64,000 nucleotides of DNA from a bacterium (GCA_963692865.2 OY843592.1:3552001-3616000), one strand, 5' to 3'. Shown: positions 1 through 11,908, counted from the first letter of the stretch. Notes: a model not told the origin generated them from the letters alone. A program made the numbers and translations.

Positions 1-658
1 CGGCGCCGATGACGCCCTTCTCCTCCAGGGGAATGAGTTTTTCCACGTCCTCGAGCCTGCTCACACCGCCCGCGGCGATGACGGGCAGACCGCAGGCTTC
101 CGCAAGCGCGACGGTTGGAGCGGGGTCGAAACCCTCCAGCGTGCCGTCGCGGCGTATGTCGGTGAAGATGATTCCCGCGAGAGGCAGATGGGCGAAGCGG
201 TTCGCCAGCGACTCGGGCGATACCGAGTCCCCCTCCTCCCAGCCGGAGATTCTGACTTCCCCGTCCTTGGCGTCTATTCCTAAAAGAATTTTTCCGGGAT
301 TTCTCCGGGCGGCGGATTCGAGAAATTCCGGGTTCCTGAGCGCGCTCGTGCCGAGGATGACGAAGCTCGCCCCCGCATCGAGCACGGCCGCGAGAGACGC
401 TTCCGTGCGAACGCCGCCGCCGAACTCCACGGGAACATCCACGACCTCCGCCACTTGCTTGAGGACGTCCACGTGGGCGGGCGCGCCGTCAAAGGCGCCG
501 TCGAGATCGATGAGGTGAAGCCGCTTCGCGCCCTGCTCCACCCAGCGAAGCGCCCAAACCACCGGGTCGTCGCCGTAGACGATCTCGCGCCCTCTCCGGC
601 CCTGGATGAGCCTCACGCATTTGCCGCCCTTGAGATCGACCGCCGGAATGAGAAGCAA
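1..658 (-). CDS. hisA: HisA, phosphoribosylformimino-5-aminoimidazole carboxamide ribotide isomerase (runs off window start)
   Basis: Manual translation from TTG at 658: LLIPAVDLKGGKCVRLIQG...LHLIDLDGAF...EFGGGVR...TDIRRDGTLEG. Position in his operon. Not in ORF track because truncated. Confidence 0.93.
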   Translation of the reverse strand, partial: MLLIPAVDLKGGKCVRLIQGRRGREIVYGDDPVVWALRWVEQGAKRLHLIDLDGAFDGAPAHVDVLKQVAEVVDVPVEFGGGVRTEASLAAVLDAGASFVILGTSALRNPEFLESAARRNPGKILLGIDAKDGEVRISGWEEGDSVSPESLANRFAHLPLAGIIFTDIRRDGTLEGFDPAPTVALAEACGLPVIAAGGVSRLEDVEKLIPLEEKGVIGA

Positions 659-805
659 ACCGCCACCCCCGAGATGAGATTCCCGCAACTCTTGCGCCTC
701 TCATTAAACCCAAACGGGCCATATTGCAAACGCTCGTGAGAATTTGTTGCGGAAAAGGGGGAACGGGGCGCCCGCAGCAGCGCGCCGGGGGGGGGGATTT
801 CCTAG

Positions 806-1004
806 GGGGTTGTTGAATATGTCCACAGAGCAGGGAGGGAATCCCGACCATCGAATTGTTCGCCGTAGGGACAGGCCTCCGTGCCTGTCCTGACGAAGGA
901 CGACCACAGAGGGTGAGATAACCACGGAGGGCAGGACAACCACGGAGGGTTGTCCCTACAAAACCTCTGTTTACAAGGCCCTATGCTGACTTTTCAACAA
1001 CCCC
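806..1004. mobile_element. MITE-like element E1 (GGGGTTGTTGAA...TTCAACAACCCC) carrying a GTAG-type REP pair
   Basis: Perfect 12-bp TIR. CTAG/TAG on both flanks, the right one being the hisH stop codon. Internal GTAGGGACAGGCCTCCGTGCCTGTCC ... GGACAACCACGGAGGGTTGTCCCTAC. Confidence 0.8.
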
Positions 1005-1672
1005 TAGGCGGAAGCGACTTCATGCGCGCGGCAGATCTCGACGAATTTCCTCAAAATCCCCAAACCGAGCGCGCCGCTCTTCTCGGGGTGGAACTGGGTG
1101 GCGAAGAGGTTTTCCCTGTGGACGCCGGCGATGAAGGGCACGCCGAAATCGCACGTCGCCGCAATCCAGGGACGCGCCGCTTCGGAGGGCTCCGCGTAGT
1201 AGGAGTGGACGAAGTAGAAATGCGCGCCGCTCGGCACGCCGCCGAAAATCGGCGATTCGTTGTGGAACTCGGGCTGGTTCCAGCCCATGTGCGGGACCTT
1301 CAAAGGCAGGGCGGATCCGTTTTCCGTCATCCCCTCGGGGAAGCGCCTCACGCGCCCCGGCAGGATTCCCAGACCCGGCGTGGAGCCGAACTCCTCGCTT
1401 TCCTCGAAAAGAATCTGGAGGCCGAGGCATATCCCGAGGTAGGGAACGCCCCCCTCGATGGCGCGGCGCAGCGGCCCGGTGAGGCCGGCGCTCTCCAGGG
1501 CGCGCATACAATCCGGAAAACCGCCCACGCCGGGGAGGATGACGCCCGCCCCCGCCTCCAGGACTTCGGGGTCGTCGCTCAACACCGCATCCGCGCCGAT
1601 CCTGGCCAGAGCGTTCCGCACGCTCAGGACGTTCCCCATGCCGTAATCGACCACGACGATCTCGGCCGTCAT
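1004..1672 (-). CDS. hisH: Imidazole glycerol phosphate synthase glutaminase subunit HisH
   Basis: MTAEIVVVDYGMGN, GICLGLQ, QFHPEKS catalytic motifs. Start moved to ATG 1672 (GGAGAG RBS). Confidence 0.96.
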   Translation of the reverse strand: MTAEIVVVDYGMGNVLSVRNALARIGADAVLSDDPEVLEAGAGVILPGVGGFPDCMRALESAGLTGPLRRAIEGGVPYLGICLGLQILFEESEEFGSTPGLGILPGRVRRFPEGMTENGSALPLKVPHMGWNQPEFHNESPIFGGVPSGAHFYFVHSYYAEPSEAARPWIAATCDFGVPFIAGVHRENLFATQFHPEKSGALGLGILRKFVEICRAHEVASA

Positions 1673-1687
1673 ACCACTCTCCCTGAT

Positions 1688-2024
1688 GAGGTTGTTGAAA
1701 GGCCCCCGATTTCGTGATTCCACGAATGGAGCAGACCAGGGAGGGATGAAACTTTACCCCGCCCTTGCAGAGCGACAACCAGCCACTCCCTCCTTGAGAG
1801 GGAGTCAGTGAACTGAGGGCGTAAGCCCGAAAGCGAACTGGTGGGGGGTATAATTCGGAATAGAGATAAACGCATTCTACCCCCACCGATTCAGCCTTCG
1901 CAAATACCGCTCGGCTTCATCGTCGGGTTTCCCCCTCGGGGAGCCCGACCCTCAAGGGGGGAGTGAACTTCAAAAGCGTTCGCACAACCCAAAATCGCTT
2001 CCCGGGAACTTTTTCAACAACTCC
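1688..2024. mobile_element. MITE-like element E2 with CTCCCCCCTTGAGGGGGGAG-family REP cargo
   Basis: GAGGTTGTTGAAA left end, TTTTTCAACAACTCC right end. Internal segments homologous to 44274-44420, 45579-45894, 48546-48940 and 54731-55083. Confidence 0.75.
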
Positions 2025-2051
2025 AGAATGACGGGCCTCCAGAAAGCTGTC

Positions 2052-2654
2052 TCATAAAACGCCCTTGGTGCTGGGCACGCTCTCATCCCTCGGATCGAGC
2101 GCGACGCCCGCGCGCAGCGCCCGCGCGAAGCCCTTGAACACGGCTTCGACCATGTGGTGGCTGTTGTCCCCGTAGCAGACCTCGACGTGGAGGTCGACGC
2201 CCGCGTGGGTGGCCACCGACCAGAAGAACTCGCGCACGAGCGCGGTGTCGAACTCGCCGATTCGGGCTTCGGGGAACGCGGCGCGGAAGACGAGGTTCCC
2301 CCTGCCGCCGAAATCCGCCGCCACGTGGACGAGCGCGTCCATCATGGGCAGGCGCACGTCGGCGTAACGGGTGATGCCCGCCCGGTCGCCGAGCGCCTTC
2401 GCCAGCGTCCGGCCCAGGATTATTCCTATGTCCTCCACCGTGTGGTGGCCGTCGACGTCCAAATCCCCCTTGCCGCGGACGGTCAAATCCACCAACCCGT
2501 GGCGGGCGATCTGGGCGAGCATGTGGTCGAAAAAACCGATTCCCGTGGCGATTTCCGCCTCGCCCGCGCCGTCGAGGTTGACCGCGACGGAAAAATCGGT
2601 TTCCTTCGTCTTTCGGCTCACGCGCGCTTTTCTCTGCCTGGCCCTCGAAGCCAC
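2052..2654 (-). CDS. hisB: Imidazoleglycerol-phosphate dehydratase HisB
   Basis: [35 protein letters not shown] motifs. Confidence 0.97.
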   Translation of the reverse strand: MASRARQRKARVSRKTKETDFSVAVNLDGAGEAEIATGIGFFDHMLAQIARHGLVDLTVRGKGDLDVDGHHTVEDIGIILGRTLAKALGDRAGITRYADVRLPMMDALVHVAADFGGRGNLVFRAAFPEARIGEFDTALVREFFWSVATHAGVDLHVEVCYGDNSHHMVEAVFKGFARALRAGVALDPRDESVPSTKGVL

Positions 2655-2751
2655 TTTCCCTCTCCCGGCGAAATAAAACTTCCGTGAACACGCCGCCTTT
2701 CGGCAGCCCGATTATGCTTGATCCGGGCCCGCCCCGCCAGCGTCCCCTCAG

Positions 2752-3308
2752 GGAATTGTTGAAAAAGTCCCCGAAGCGGTGGGGGTGCGATGTTTTTGTG
2801 GGGGCGGACCGATGTGTCCGCCCGAACGGTCCGAAAGAACGAGGGCGGTGTGTAGGGGCCGCATACATGCGGCCCATGACGGGCGGCGAAAAAAGGCCGG
2901 GACGCATATATGCGTCCCCTACACATCCCGCTCGCCGTGAACCCTCTCTCCCCGGTCGGGTCGAACCCTCATTCCTCAATCGGGTTCAACCCCCGCAAAC
3001 CGCCAACGCCTCTCTCCTCACCCTGAGTAGCCGCCGAAGGCGGCGTACCGAAGGGTGTGGGAAGTCGAACGCCTCGCGCCGGGCGAGAGGGCATCCTTCG
3101 ATACGCGGCTCCGCCGCTACTCAGGATGAGGCGGATAAGGCTTTTTCAACAGCCCCGATGAGGAAGGAATCGACCGACCGAGGAGGACTTTTTCTACAAG
3201 CCCGTCAAGGGGGGGTAGGGGGGGGGTTCGTTTTCAAGGCAGGGGGAGGATGAGCGAGGCGGGTTTTTCAACAGCCCCTGTCAGGGGGGCTTTTCTTCAA
3301 CAGCCCCC
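2752..3308. mobile_element. Compound MITE/REP cluster E3 (one left TIR, three right TIRs)
   Basis: Left GGAATTGTTGAAAAA at 2752. Right TTCAACAGCCCC ends at 3156, 3278 and 3308. Contains a GTAG REP pair (2852-2922) and a CATCCTGAGTAGC-type REP pair (3017-3131). Flanks CTCAG/ATCAG. Confidence 0.78.
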
Positions 3309-3309
3309 A

Positions 3310-4605
3310 TCAGGATACGCCGCGCCTCAGCCGCAAGGCCCGCGCGTGGGCGGGCAGGCCTTCCAGGTCGGCGAGCCGCGCCGCGGGTTCGACCAGACGC
3401 GCCGCGGCGGCCTCGTCGAAACACACCCTGCTCGTCCACTTGACGAAGTCATACACCCCGAGCGGCGAGGCGAAGCGCGCCGCCCCGCCCGTGGGAAGCA
3501 CGTGGTTGGGGCCCGCGACGTAATCACCCAGGGGAACCGGACTCCACGGCCCGCAGAATACCGCGCCAGCATTGCGAACCCCCCGGGCCGCCTCTTCGGC
3601 GCGCTCCATCAATATCTCCAGGTGCTCGGGAGCGAGCATCTCCGCGATTTCGAGCGCCTCCTCGCGCGAGTCCGCCTCGATAATCGCGCCGCGATTCTCC
3701 AAGGCCTGGGCTATCTCCGCGCTCCTCAAGGCTGAGCGCAACTGGCTTTCCACTTCCCGCTCCAGGGCGTCGGCCACCTCCGCGCCCACGCAGACGCCCA
3801 CCGCCATCGCCTGCGCGTCGTGCTCGGCCTGGGCGAGCAGGTCCGCCGCCGCCCACTCGGCCAGAGCGGGGTCGTCCAGGAGCACGACCACCTCGCTCGG
3901 CCCCGCCTCCTTGTCGATTTCCACGCGCCCGCGCACGATGCGCTTCGCGGCGGCGACGTATACGTTGCCCGGCCCCACTATCTTGTCCACGCGCGGGACG
4001 CTCCTCGTCCCACAGGCCATCGCGGCGACCGCCTGCGCGCCGCCGACGCGCACGACGCGCTCAAGACCCGCCAGAGAAGCAGCCGCCAGAACGGCGTCGG
4101 GGACTTCGCCGTCCGGGCCCGGCGGGGTGCAAAGGACCAGTTCCCCCACGCCCGCGACGCGCGCGGGAACGGCGTTCATGAGCACGGTGGAGGGATAGGC
4201 CGCCGTGCCGCCGGGCGCATAGAGGCCCACGCTCGCGAGCGCCGCGGGCTCAAGCGAGAGCCGCTCGCCGGGTGTCTGCTCTACCGTAATTATTCGGGGA
4301 ACCTGCGCCTCGTGGAACGCGCGAATTCGCTCCTCGGCGAGTTTCAGTGCATCGAGCGTTTCGTGCGGCAATGCGTCGAGGGCGCGCGCCATCTCCTCCT
4401 CGCCCACGACGAGGCTTTCGGCATCCAGGGAAACGCCGTCGAACGCCTGAGTCAGTTCGACGAGGGCATCATCCCCCTTGGCCCGCACGCGCTCGATGAT
4501 CGCGCGCACGTCCTCCTCTACGCGGGAAAAGGCATCTTCTCCGCTCAGGGAGAGGCGCTCGATCCCGGCGGCGAAGTTCTCCGCCCCGTAGCTGAACCGT
4601 CTCAC
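3310..4605 (-). CDS. hisD: Histidinol dehydrogenase HisD
   Basis: GLYAPGGTAAYPS, GGAQA, KIVGPGNVYV, AGPSE, QAEHD, GDYVAGPNHVLPT. GTG start overlaps the hisG stop (GTGA). Confidence 0.96.
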   Translation of the reverse strand: MRRFSYGAENFAAGIERLSLSGEDAFSRVEEDVRAIIERVRAKGDDALVELTQAFDGVSLDAESLVVGEEEMARALDALPHETLDALKLAEERIRAFHEAQVPRIITVEQTPGERLSLEPAALASVGLYAPGGTAAYPSTVLMNAVPARVAGVGELVLCTPPGPDGEVPDAVLAAASLAGLERVVRVGGAQAVAAMACGTRSVPRVDKIVGPGNVYVAAAKRIVRGRVEIDKEAGPSEVVVLLDDPALAEWAAADLLAQAEHDAQAMAVGVCVGAEVADALEREVESQLRSALRSAEIAQALENRGAIIEADSREEALEIAEMLAPEHLEILMERAEEAARGVRNAGAVFCGPWSPVPLGDYVAGPNHVLPTGGAARFASPLGVYDFVKWTSRVCFDEAAAARLVEPAARLADLEGLPAHARALRLRRGVS

Positions 4606-5297
4606 GCCTTTCCCTCGCCGGGAGCCGGCCCCGCGCCGTTTGCGGAGCGGTTCACGGCGGAGGGGATGGCCCCCTTCAACCGTTCGATAATGGCGCTCAC
4701 TTTCTTGTAGTTCGTCTTCAGGCTCGCCCGGTTGGCGATGAGCCTCGCCGTCGCGCTGAAGATCTCGCGGATCGGCACAAGCCCGTTGGCCCGCAGCGTT
4801 CCGCCCGTGTCCACCAGGTCCACGACGATGTCCGCCACGCCCGTGGCGGGCGCAATCTCCACGTTGCCGTAGAGACGGACCATCTTGGCCTGAATTCCCA
4901 TCCGCTCGAAAAAGCGGGCGGTGATGGCCGGAAACTTCGTCGCCACGCGCAGCGAGATCCGCCCGCTCAACTCTTCCCAGGCGACGCCCTCGGGCGCGGC
5001 GACCATGAGGCGGCACGGCGCCACGTTCAAGTCCAGGGGTTCGTACACGTCGCGTCCCTGCTCCAGCAGCACGTCGCGCCCGATGACGCCCAGATCCGCC
5101 GCCCCGCGCTCCACGTAGATGGGCACGTCGTGGTTCCTGAGAATCAGGACCCGCACCCCCGTTTTCGGGTCGCGCAGGATGAGCTTTCGGGATTTGTCCG
5201 AGATCGGCTTCGACAATACGCCCGCCTTCACCAGACACTCGGTCGCCTCCGAGAAAATCCTGCCCTTGGGCAGGGCGATAATCAACTCTTTTTCCAT
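4602..5297 (-). CDS. hisG: ATP phosphoribosyltransferase, short form HisG
   Basis: IALPKGR, VATKFP, GNVEIAP, DLVDTGGTLRANGL. About 230 aa, lacks the C-terminal regulatory domain. Confidence 0.95.
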   Translation of the reverse strand: MEKELIIALPKGRIFSEATECLVKAGVLSKPISDKSRKLILRDPKTGVRVLILRNHDVPIYVERGAADLGVIGRDVLLEQGRDVYEPLDLNVAPCRLMVAAPEGVAWEELSGRISLRVATKFPAITARFFERMGIQAKMVRLYGNVEIAPATGVADIVVDLVDTGGTLRANGLVPIREIFSATARLIANRASLKTNYKKVSAIIERLKGAIPSAVNRSANGAGPAPGEGKA

Positions 5298-5308
5298 GTT
5301 CTCTTCCA

Positions 5309-6568
<1,260 letters not shown>

Positions 6569-6571
6569 AAC

Positions 6572-7462
6572 CTATACCCTCATCAGTTCCAAAACCCTCT
6601 CGCGCCCGGCGAGGTCTTTATGACTTCTCGCAGAGTGGTAACTTCCCCGTTCTTGCGAGGCGGCCTCCGCCTCGGCCATCCGGCGCGGGTCCATCTCGAT
6701 CAAGAGCACTCCCCCGCGAGCCAGATATGCGGGCGCCTCCTCGATGATGCGCCGGACGACGTCCATCCCGTCCGCGCCGCCATCCAGAGCAATTCGCGGC
6801 TCGAATGATGAAACCTCGGGCATCAAGCCGTCCAGTTCGTCCGAAGCCACATAGGGCGGGTTCGAGGCGATCAGGTCGAATTCTTCTCCCTTGGCGAGAG
6901 CTTCGAACAAATCGGAGGCCAGCAAACTCGTTCGACTTTCAAGATCGAACTTTTCCGCGTTTCGCCTCGCCACCCCGAGCGCCCTGGGGCAGACGTCGAG
7001 CAAAGTGACTTGCGCTTCCCTTACTTCGCTCGCAATCGCCAGCCCCACCGCGCCGCTGCCGCATCCCGCGTCGAGTATCCTGCTTTTTCCGCCCTTTCCC
7101 AAAAGCGCGGCGGCGCGCTCGACGAGCAACTCCGATTCCGGCCTGGGAACCAGCACGTCCGGCGAGACGAGAAACGGCATGGACCAGAACTCCCGCTCGC
7201 CCAGGATATAGGCCATCGGCTCTCGCCCGGCTCTCCTTTGCGCCAGCGCCTCGGCCTGCGCGAGCGCATCCCCCGGGACCATCCTCTCGGGATGGGCGTG
7301 TAGATGCGCCCCGTCGCAGCCTAATACCACAGCCAGGATGAGGCGCGCATCCAGCCCCGGCGCATCCACGCCCGCTTTTGCGAACCGCTTCTCCAGACGG
7401 GAGAGGAGGGCGCGCACGGTGGTCTGTAGTTCGTTTTGCGCCGCGGGGGGAGAGGTCGTCAT
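6572..7462 (-). CDS. prmC: Release factor glutamine methyltransferase PrmC/HemK
   Basis: [29 protein letters not shown]. Follows prfA. Confidence 0.96.
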   Translation of the reverse strand: MTTSPPAAQNELQTTVRALLSRLEKRFAKAGVDAPGLDARLILAVVLGCDGAHLHAHPERMVPGDALAQAEALAQRRAGREPMAYILGEREFWSMPFLVSPDVLVPRPESELLVERAAALLGKGGKSRILDAGCGSGAVGLAIASEVREAQVTLLDVCPRALGVARRNAEKFDLESRTSLLASDLFEALAKGEEFDLIASNPPYVASDELDGLMPEVSSFEPRIALDGGADGMDVVRRIIEEAPAYLARGGVLLIEMDPRRMAEAEAASQERGSYHSARSHKDLAGRERVLELMRV

Positions 7463-8550
7463 TCTTCGGAGCGGACTTGCGCGCCTTCTTCCAGTTCGGC
7501 CAGACGCTCCGCCTCGCGGCTCTCGATGACCCGCTTGACCATCTCGTCGATTCCCCCCTCCATGAAGCCGGGAAGACCGTGGAGGGTGAGGCCGATGCGG
7601 TGATCGGTAATCCTGTCCTGGGGGAAGTTGTAGGTACGGATCCGCTCGCTCCTGTCCCCGCTGCCCACGAGGCTCTTGCGGTGCGCGGAACGCTCGGACA
7701 TCTGCTTCTGGATTTCCATGTCCAGCAGATGGGCCGAGAGTATCTTCATGGCCTTGGCGCGGTTTTTGTGCTGGCTCTTCTCGTCCTGACAGGTGACGAC
7801 GAGGCCTGTGGGCACATGGGTGATGCGAACGGCGGAATCGGTCGTGTTCACGCTCTGGCCGCCCGGGCCGGAGGAGCGGTAGACGTCGATCCGCAAGTCC
7901 TTCTCGCCGACCTCGAGCGCAATCTCGTCCGCTTCGGGCAGCACGGCCACCGTGGCGGCGGAGGTGTGGATTCTCCCTTGCGTCTCGGTGACGGGCACCC
8001 TTTGGACGCGATGCGTGCCGCTCTCATAGCGCAGGCGGCTGTAGGCGCCCACCCCCTTGATGAGCGCCGATACTTCCTTGAGGCCCCCCAAATCGCTCTC
8101 GCTCTTGCTCAACTCCTCCGCCTTCCAGCCCTGCACTTCGGCGTAGCGCACATACATGCGGTACAAATCAGCTGCGAAGAGCGCGGCCTCCTGCCCGCCC
8201 GTACCCGCGCGAACTTCCAGGATGACGTTCTTCTCATCGTTCGGGTCCCTGGGCAGCAGAAGCCTGCGGAGCCTCTCCTCCACTGCCTCTCGCTTCGCGC
8301 TTGCGTCTTCGAGTTCCTCTTGCGCGAGTTCGCTCATCTCCGGATCCCCGTCCTCGATCAGGGCCCTCGCCTCCTCGATAGCGCTTTCATATCCGCGCCA
8401 TTCCTCATAGGCCTGGACGACCCGGGAGAGTTCCTTGTGCTCGCGCGCGGTCTGCTCGAACTTCTTGCGGTCCTTGAGCAGGGCCGGGTCCGAGAGGCGC
8501 ATCTCCAGCGTCCGGTGTTTTTCGATGATTTGTTCGATTTTTTCGAACAT
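7459..8550 (-). CDS. prfA: Peptide chain release factor 1
   Basis: RVQRVPVTE (PVT), [10 protein letters not shown] (GGQ), [14 protein letters not shown]. Start at MFEKIEQ. Confidence 0.97.
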   Translation of the reverse strand: MFEKIEQIIEKHRTLEMRLSDPALLKDRKKFEQTAREHKELSRVVQAYEEWRGYESAIEEARALIEDGDPEMSELAQEELEDASAKREAVEERLRRLLLPRDPNDEKNVILEVRAGTGGQEAALFAADLYRMYVRYAEVQGWKAEELSKSESDLGGLKEVSALIKGVGAYSRLRYESGTHRVQRVPVTETQGRIHTSAATVAVLPEADEIALEVGEKDLRIDVYRSSGPGGQSVNTTDSAVRITHVPTGLVVTCQDEKSQHKNRAKAMKILSAHLLDMEIQKQMSERSAHRKSLVGSGDRSERIRTYNFPQDRITDHRIGLTLHGLPGFMEGGIDEMVKRVIESREAERLAELEEGAQVRSEE

Positions 8551-8673
8551 GGGGATCAACCGACGGGCAGCGAACGGGGGTGGCCCGGAATAGTCCCCGG
8601 GTCCACGAATTCGCGTTTGCCGGGGAGCCGCCGCCCAGGGGCCGTCCCCAGACAAACACGGAAGGCTCCGGGC

Positions 8674-9309
8674 TTATGAATCCTCGGGCTTCTCGGCTTC
8701 TCCGCCCGGTTCGGTCTCGGGCGACGCCTCGGGTGAAGCATCCTCCGCGGCGGCGACCGCATCCGCAGGTTCAGGCTCGGACGAACCATTTTCAGACGCA
8801 GCGACCGCTTCCGCCGGTTCAGGCGCAGGCTCGGGCGCAACATCCTCGGCGGCGGCCGTCTCCGCATCGTCCGGCTCGGGTGGAGCATCTTCCGCCACGG
8901 CGGCTGCTTCGGCCGATGCTTCTTTCTCCGCCTGGGCGGCTTGCCTGGCGGCTCGCTCCTCGGCGCGCTTCTTGCGGGCCTCTTCCCTGCGCGTTTTTTC
9001 CTCCTCCTCCTTCTCGGCGGCCAGCTTCGCCTCACGCTCCACGCGGGCCGCCCGCTCCGCCTCGGCGACGGCTTGTTTCCTCTTGCGCTTGGAGACCCGC
9101 GCCTCCTTGCCCTCGAACTTCTTGACGAACTTCTCCACGCGGCCCTCGGTATCGACGATGCGCGCCTGTTTGCCGGTGAAGAACGGGTGGCACTGCGAGC
9201 AAACCTCCACGCGGATTTCCTTGCGCGTGGAGAACGTCGTGAATTCGGTGCCGCAGCCGCTGCAGGAAACCCTGCACTCGAACAACTCGGGATGAATCTC
9301 GGCCTTCAT
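8674..9309 (-). CDS. rpmE: 50S ribosomal protein L31 (Zn-binding type) with a long C-terminal extension
   Basis: MKAEIHP...CSGCG...[12 protein letters not shown]...GRVEKF, then about 140 aa of low-complexity tail. Confidence 0.92.
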   Translation of the reverse strand: MKAEIHPELFECRVSCSGCGTEFTTFSTRKEIRVEVCSQCHPFFTGKQARIVDTEGRVEKFVKKFEGKEARVSKRKRKQAVAEAERAARVEREAKLAAEKEEEEKTRREEARKKRAEERAARQAAQAEKEASAEAAAVAEDAPPEPDDAETAAAEDVAPEPAPEPAEAVAASENGSSEPEPADAVAAAEDASPEASPETEPGGEAEKPEDS

Positions 9310-9445
9310 AACCGGACGCTCCAAAATATCAGGGTCCAAACGTCGGAAACAATCCTGAAAATTTCCGTAAAATTCGATAAAAAACGATAAATTGAGGGGG
9401 TTTTTCTGTAAAAAAACCGGCCCCTCTCCCCTGTGAGGAGAGTGC

Positions 9446-9474
9446 TTTATACCGAAACGCCAGCGGCTTGTCCA
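9446..9474 (-). promoter_or_regulatory. Putative sigma70 promoter for the rpmE operon
   Basis: TGGACA-17 bp-TATAAA on the minus strand. Confidence 0.55.
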
Positions 9475-9505
9475 CCCCGAAAAACGGGGAAAAACAAGAG
9501 GTTGG

Positions 9506-10798
9506 CTAGCTGTTCATCGAGGCGAGGAAATCCTCGTTCGTCTTCGTCTCCTGGATTTTCTCGAGCAGGAGCTCCATCGAATCGACCACGCCAAGCGGTT
9601 GTAAAACCTTGCGCAACACCCACACGCGGTTGAGTTCCTGCGGGCTGAGCAGCAGTTCCTCCTTCCTCGTACCGGACTTGTTGATGTCCACCGAGGGGAA
9701 CACGCGCTTGTCGGAGAGTTTCCTGTCGAGATGAACCTCCATGTTGCCCGTGCCCTTGAACTCCTCGAAAATCACGTCGTCCATCCGGCTGCCCGTCTCC
9801 ACCAGCGCCGTGGCGAGAATGGTGAGGCTCCCGCCTTCTTCGAGGTTCCGCGCCGCGCCGAAGAAACGCTTGGGCCGCTGCAGCGCGTTCGAGTCCACGC
9901 CGCCGGAGAGGACTTTCCCGCTCGGGGAGATGATGGTGTTGTGCGCGCGCGCCAACCGCGTGATGGAATCGAGCAGGATGACGACGTCCTGTTTGTGTTC
10001 GGTGAGCCTTTTCGCCTTCTCGATCACCATGTCCGCCACCTGGACGTGGCGAGAGGCCGGTTCGTCGAAGGTCGAGCTAATCACTTCCCCGCGCACGGAG
10101 CGCTCCATGTCCGTGACTTCTTCGGGGCGCTCGTCGATGAGCAAAACGATGAGGTGCACATCGGGGTGGTTCGTCGCGATGCTCTTCGCGATGGATTGAA
10201 GCATCATCGTCTTACCGGTCCGCGGCGCGGCGACGATGAGGCCGCGCTGCCCGAAGCCGATGGGCGTCATTAAGTCCAAAACGCGTGAACTCACCTCCTC
10301 CCCGGATATTTCGAGTTTTATCCGGCGGTCGGGATACAAGGGGGTGAGGTTGTCGAACAGAACCTTGTCCTTGCTCGCTTCAGGGGGTTCGAAATTGATC
10401 TTCTCGACCTTCAAAAGCGCAAAATACCGCTCCCCCTCTTTGGGCTGGCGGATTTCACCACTGACCGTATCGCCGGTGCGGAGGTCGAAGCGGCGGATCT
10501 GACTGGGGGAGACGTAGATATCGTCAGGGCCGGGCAGATAGTTGTACGAGGGCGAACGCAGAAAACCGAACCCGTCCGGCAAAATCTCGAGCACGCCCTC
10601 TCCGGTGATGGTTCCGCCGCCGCCGTTGCGGTCCTTGGCGGACTGCGCCTCCAGTATCTTGTAAATCAGATCCTGCTTTCTAAGCCCGGTGGCGCTTTCG
10701 GCGCTGAATTCCTTGAGAATCTGGTTGAGTTCTCCGATGGTCTTTTTCTTCAGTTCCGCCAGGTTCAAGCTGCGAGATGTTGTTTCTGTTGTTGCCAT
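9506..10798 (-). CDS. rho: Transcription termination factor Rho
   Basis: [53 protein letters not shown]. Start MATTETT with AAGGAG RBS. Confidence 0.98.
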   Translation of the reverse strand: MATTETTSRSLNLAELKKKTIGELNQILKEFSAESATGLRKQDLIYKILEAQSAKDRNGGGGTITGEGVLEILPDGFGFLRSPSYNYLPGPDDIYVSPSQIRRFDLRTGDTVSGEIRQPKEGERYFALLKVEKINFEPPEASKDKVLFDNLTPLYPDRRIKLEISGEEVSSRVLDLMTPIGFGQRGLIVAAPRTGKTMMLQSIAKSIATNHPDVHLIVLLIDERPEEVTDMERSVRGEVISSTFDEPASRHVQVADMVIEKAKRLTEHKQDVVILLDSITRLARAHNTIISPSGKVLSGGVDSNALQRPKRFFGAARNLEEGGSLTILATALVETGSRMDDVIFEEFKGTGNMEVHLDRKLSDKRVFPSVDINKSGTRKEELLLSPQELNRVWVLRKVLQPLGVVDSMELLLEKIQETKTNEDFLASMNS

Positions 10799-11209
10799 AA
10801 CTCCCTTCTCCTTGGTTGGGTAGGCTCCGTTTACCGCCTGGAACGTGAGATGATGCCTTCTGGTCGCACCACTCGCCACATTCTGCGCGGGGAGACTTTT
10901 CCTCCTAGCCTCAAGCGGTAAGGTTGATGTAATGAAATTCCTTCATTTCCGATTCAAAAGCGGGTTCTCATCGCCGGGTGCGATGCGAAGCGCGCATTCG
11001 TTGTTCTTCAGAACCAGTCATGGGCGCGCGCATAAACCCATTTCTGGAAATACATTCATCCGAGGGCAGAAATATGACTGAGGATCCTTATATTTCCCGA
11101 GACAAGTTGTTCTTCTCTTTTCTAAAATTCCAAATCGTTGCGCATCAGATGGTGTTTGAAGTCTAGGGCGACGAAAACATATCAGGAATAGAAGTACAAG
11201 CGTTTCAAA

Positions 11210-11238
11210 AAAATAATCAGTTCGCGCAAATTTGTCAA
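11210..11238 (-). promoter_or_regulatory. Putative sigma70 promoter for rho, about 400 nt upstream of the start
   Basis: TTGACA-17 bp-TATTTT on the minus strand just after the coaE stop. Confidence 0.6.
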
Positions 11239-11249
11239 CACTTTTTATC

Positions 11250-11849
11250 TTATTTCCCAGAAAGCAGCTTCATCAACTCCTCTACCTGTCTTCGGGTATC
11301 GTCTATCGAACCGCGATTGTCAATCACGTGATCCGCATACTGCACCTTTTCCGAGAGCGGCATCTGCGCATCGACGCGCCTTTTGGCTTCTTCTTCGTTC
11401 ATCCCGTTTCGGCGGCGCAATCGCCCTATCTGCTGGGATTCATCACAATCAACGACCACAATCGAGTCGAATCGCTTCCAGCTTCCGGACTCAATCATGA
11501 CGGCGGCGTCTACGATCGCGACGGGCGCATTTCCCTCCAACTCGATTTCCCGCAACCGCTTGTCCTGCTCTGCAATAATTTCAGGATGCAGAATTCCTTC
11601 CAGCACTTTCTTTTTCGATGAATCGGAAAAAACGATTTCCCCGAGCCTCGCGCGGTTCAGGCTCTTTCCTTCGGTGAGCACCTCTTCGCCGAAGGCATCG
11701 ACGACCGCATCAAGGGCGCGAGACCCCGGAGCAACCACTTCACGCGCAATCACGTCCGCGTCGATGACCGGGACGCCCAGGTCCGCGAACATCCGGCTCA
11801 CCGTGGACTTGCCGCTGGCGATTCCCCCGGTCAGGCCAACCTTGCGCAC
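11250..11849 (-). CDS. coaE: Dephospho-CoA kinase
   Basis: VGLTGGIASGKSTV, IDADVIAR, ILHPEI, ADHVIDN. Confidence 0.96.
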   Translation of the reverse strand: MRKVGLTGGIASGKSTVSRMFADLGVPVIDADVIAREVVAPGSRALDAVVDAFGEEVLTEGKSLNRARLGEIVFSDSSKKKVLEGILHPEIIAEQDKRLREIELEGNAPVAIVDAAVMIESGSWKRFDSIVVVDCDESQQIGRLRRRNGMNEEEAKRRVDAQMPLSEKVQYADHVIDNRGSIDDTRRQVEELMKLLSGK

Positions 11850-11908
11850 GTCACCGCTTTCCGCTTTCGGGAAGCATCACAAGGAGACATCGGTCAAAGT
11901 CGAGAAGG

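Noticed and set aside
2618-3253. ORFs within repeat elements (e.g. 2684-3253, 45637-45942, 48676-48885, 50723-50962)
   Set aside because: They are translations of palindromic REP/MITE DNA with no transposase or other recognisable motifs.
3310-5238. 642-aa ORF suggesting a HisG-HisD fusion or extended HisD
   Set aside because: The extra N-terminal 211 codons overlap hisG in another frame. The real start is the GTG at 4605.
9375-9391. ATAAAAAACGA upstream of rpmE resembling the shared operator
   Set aside because: Only the A-rich core matches and the GTGAA half-site is absent. Likely chance.
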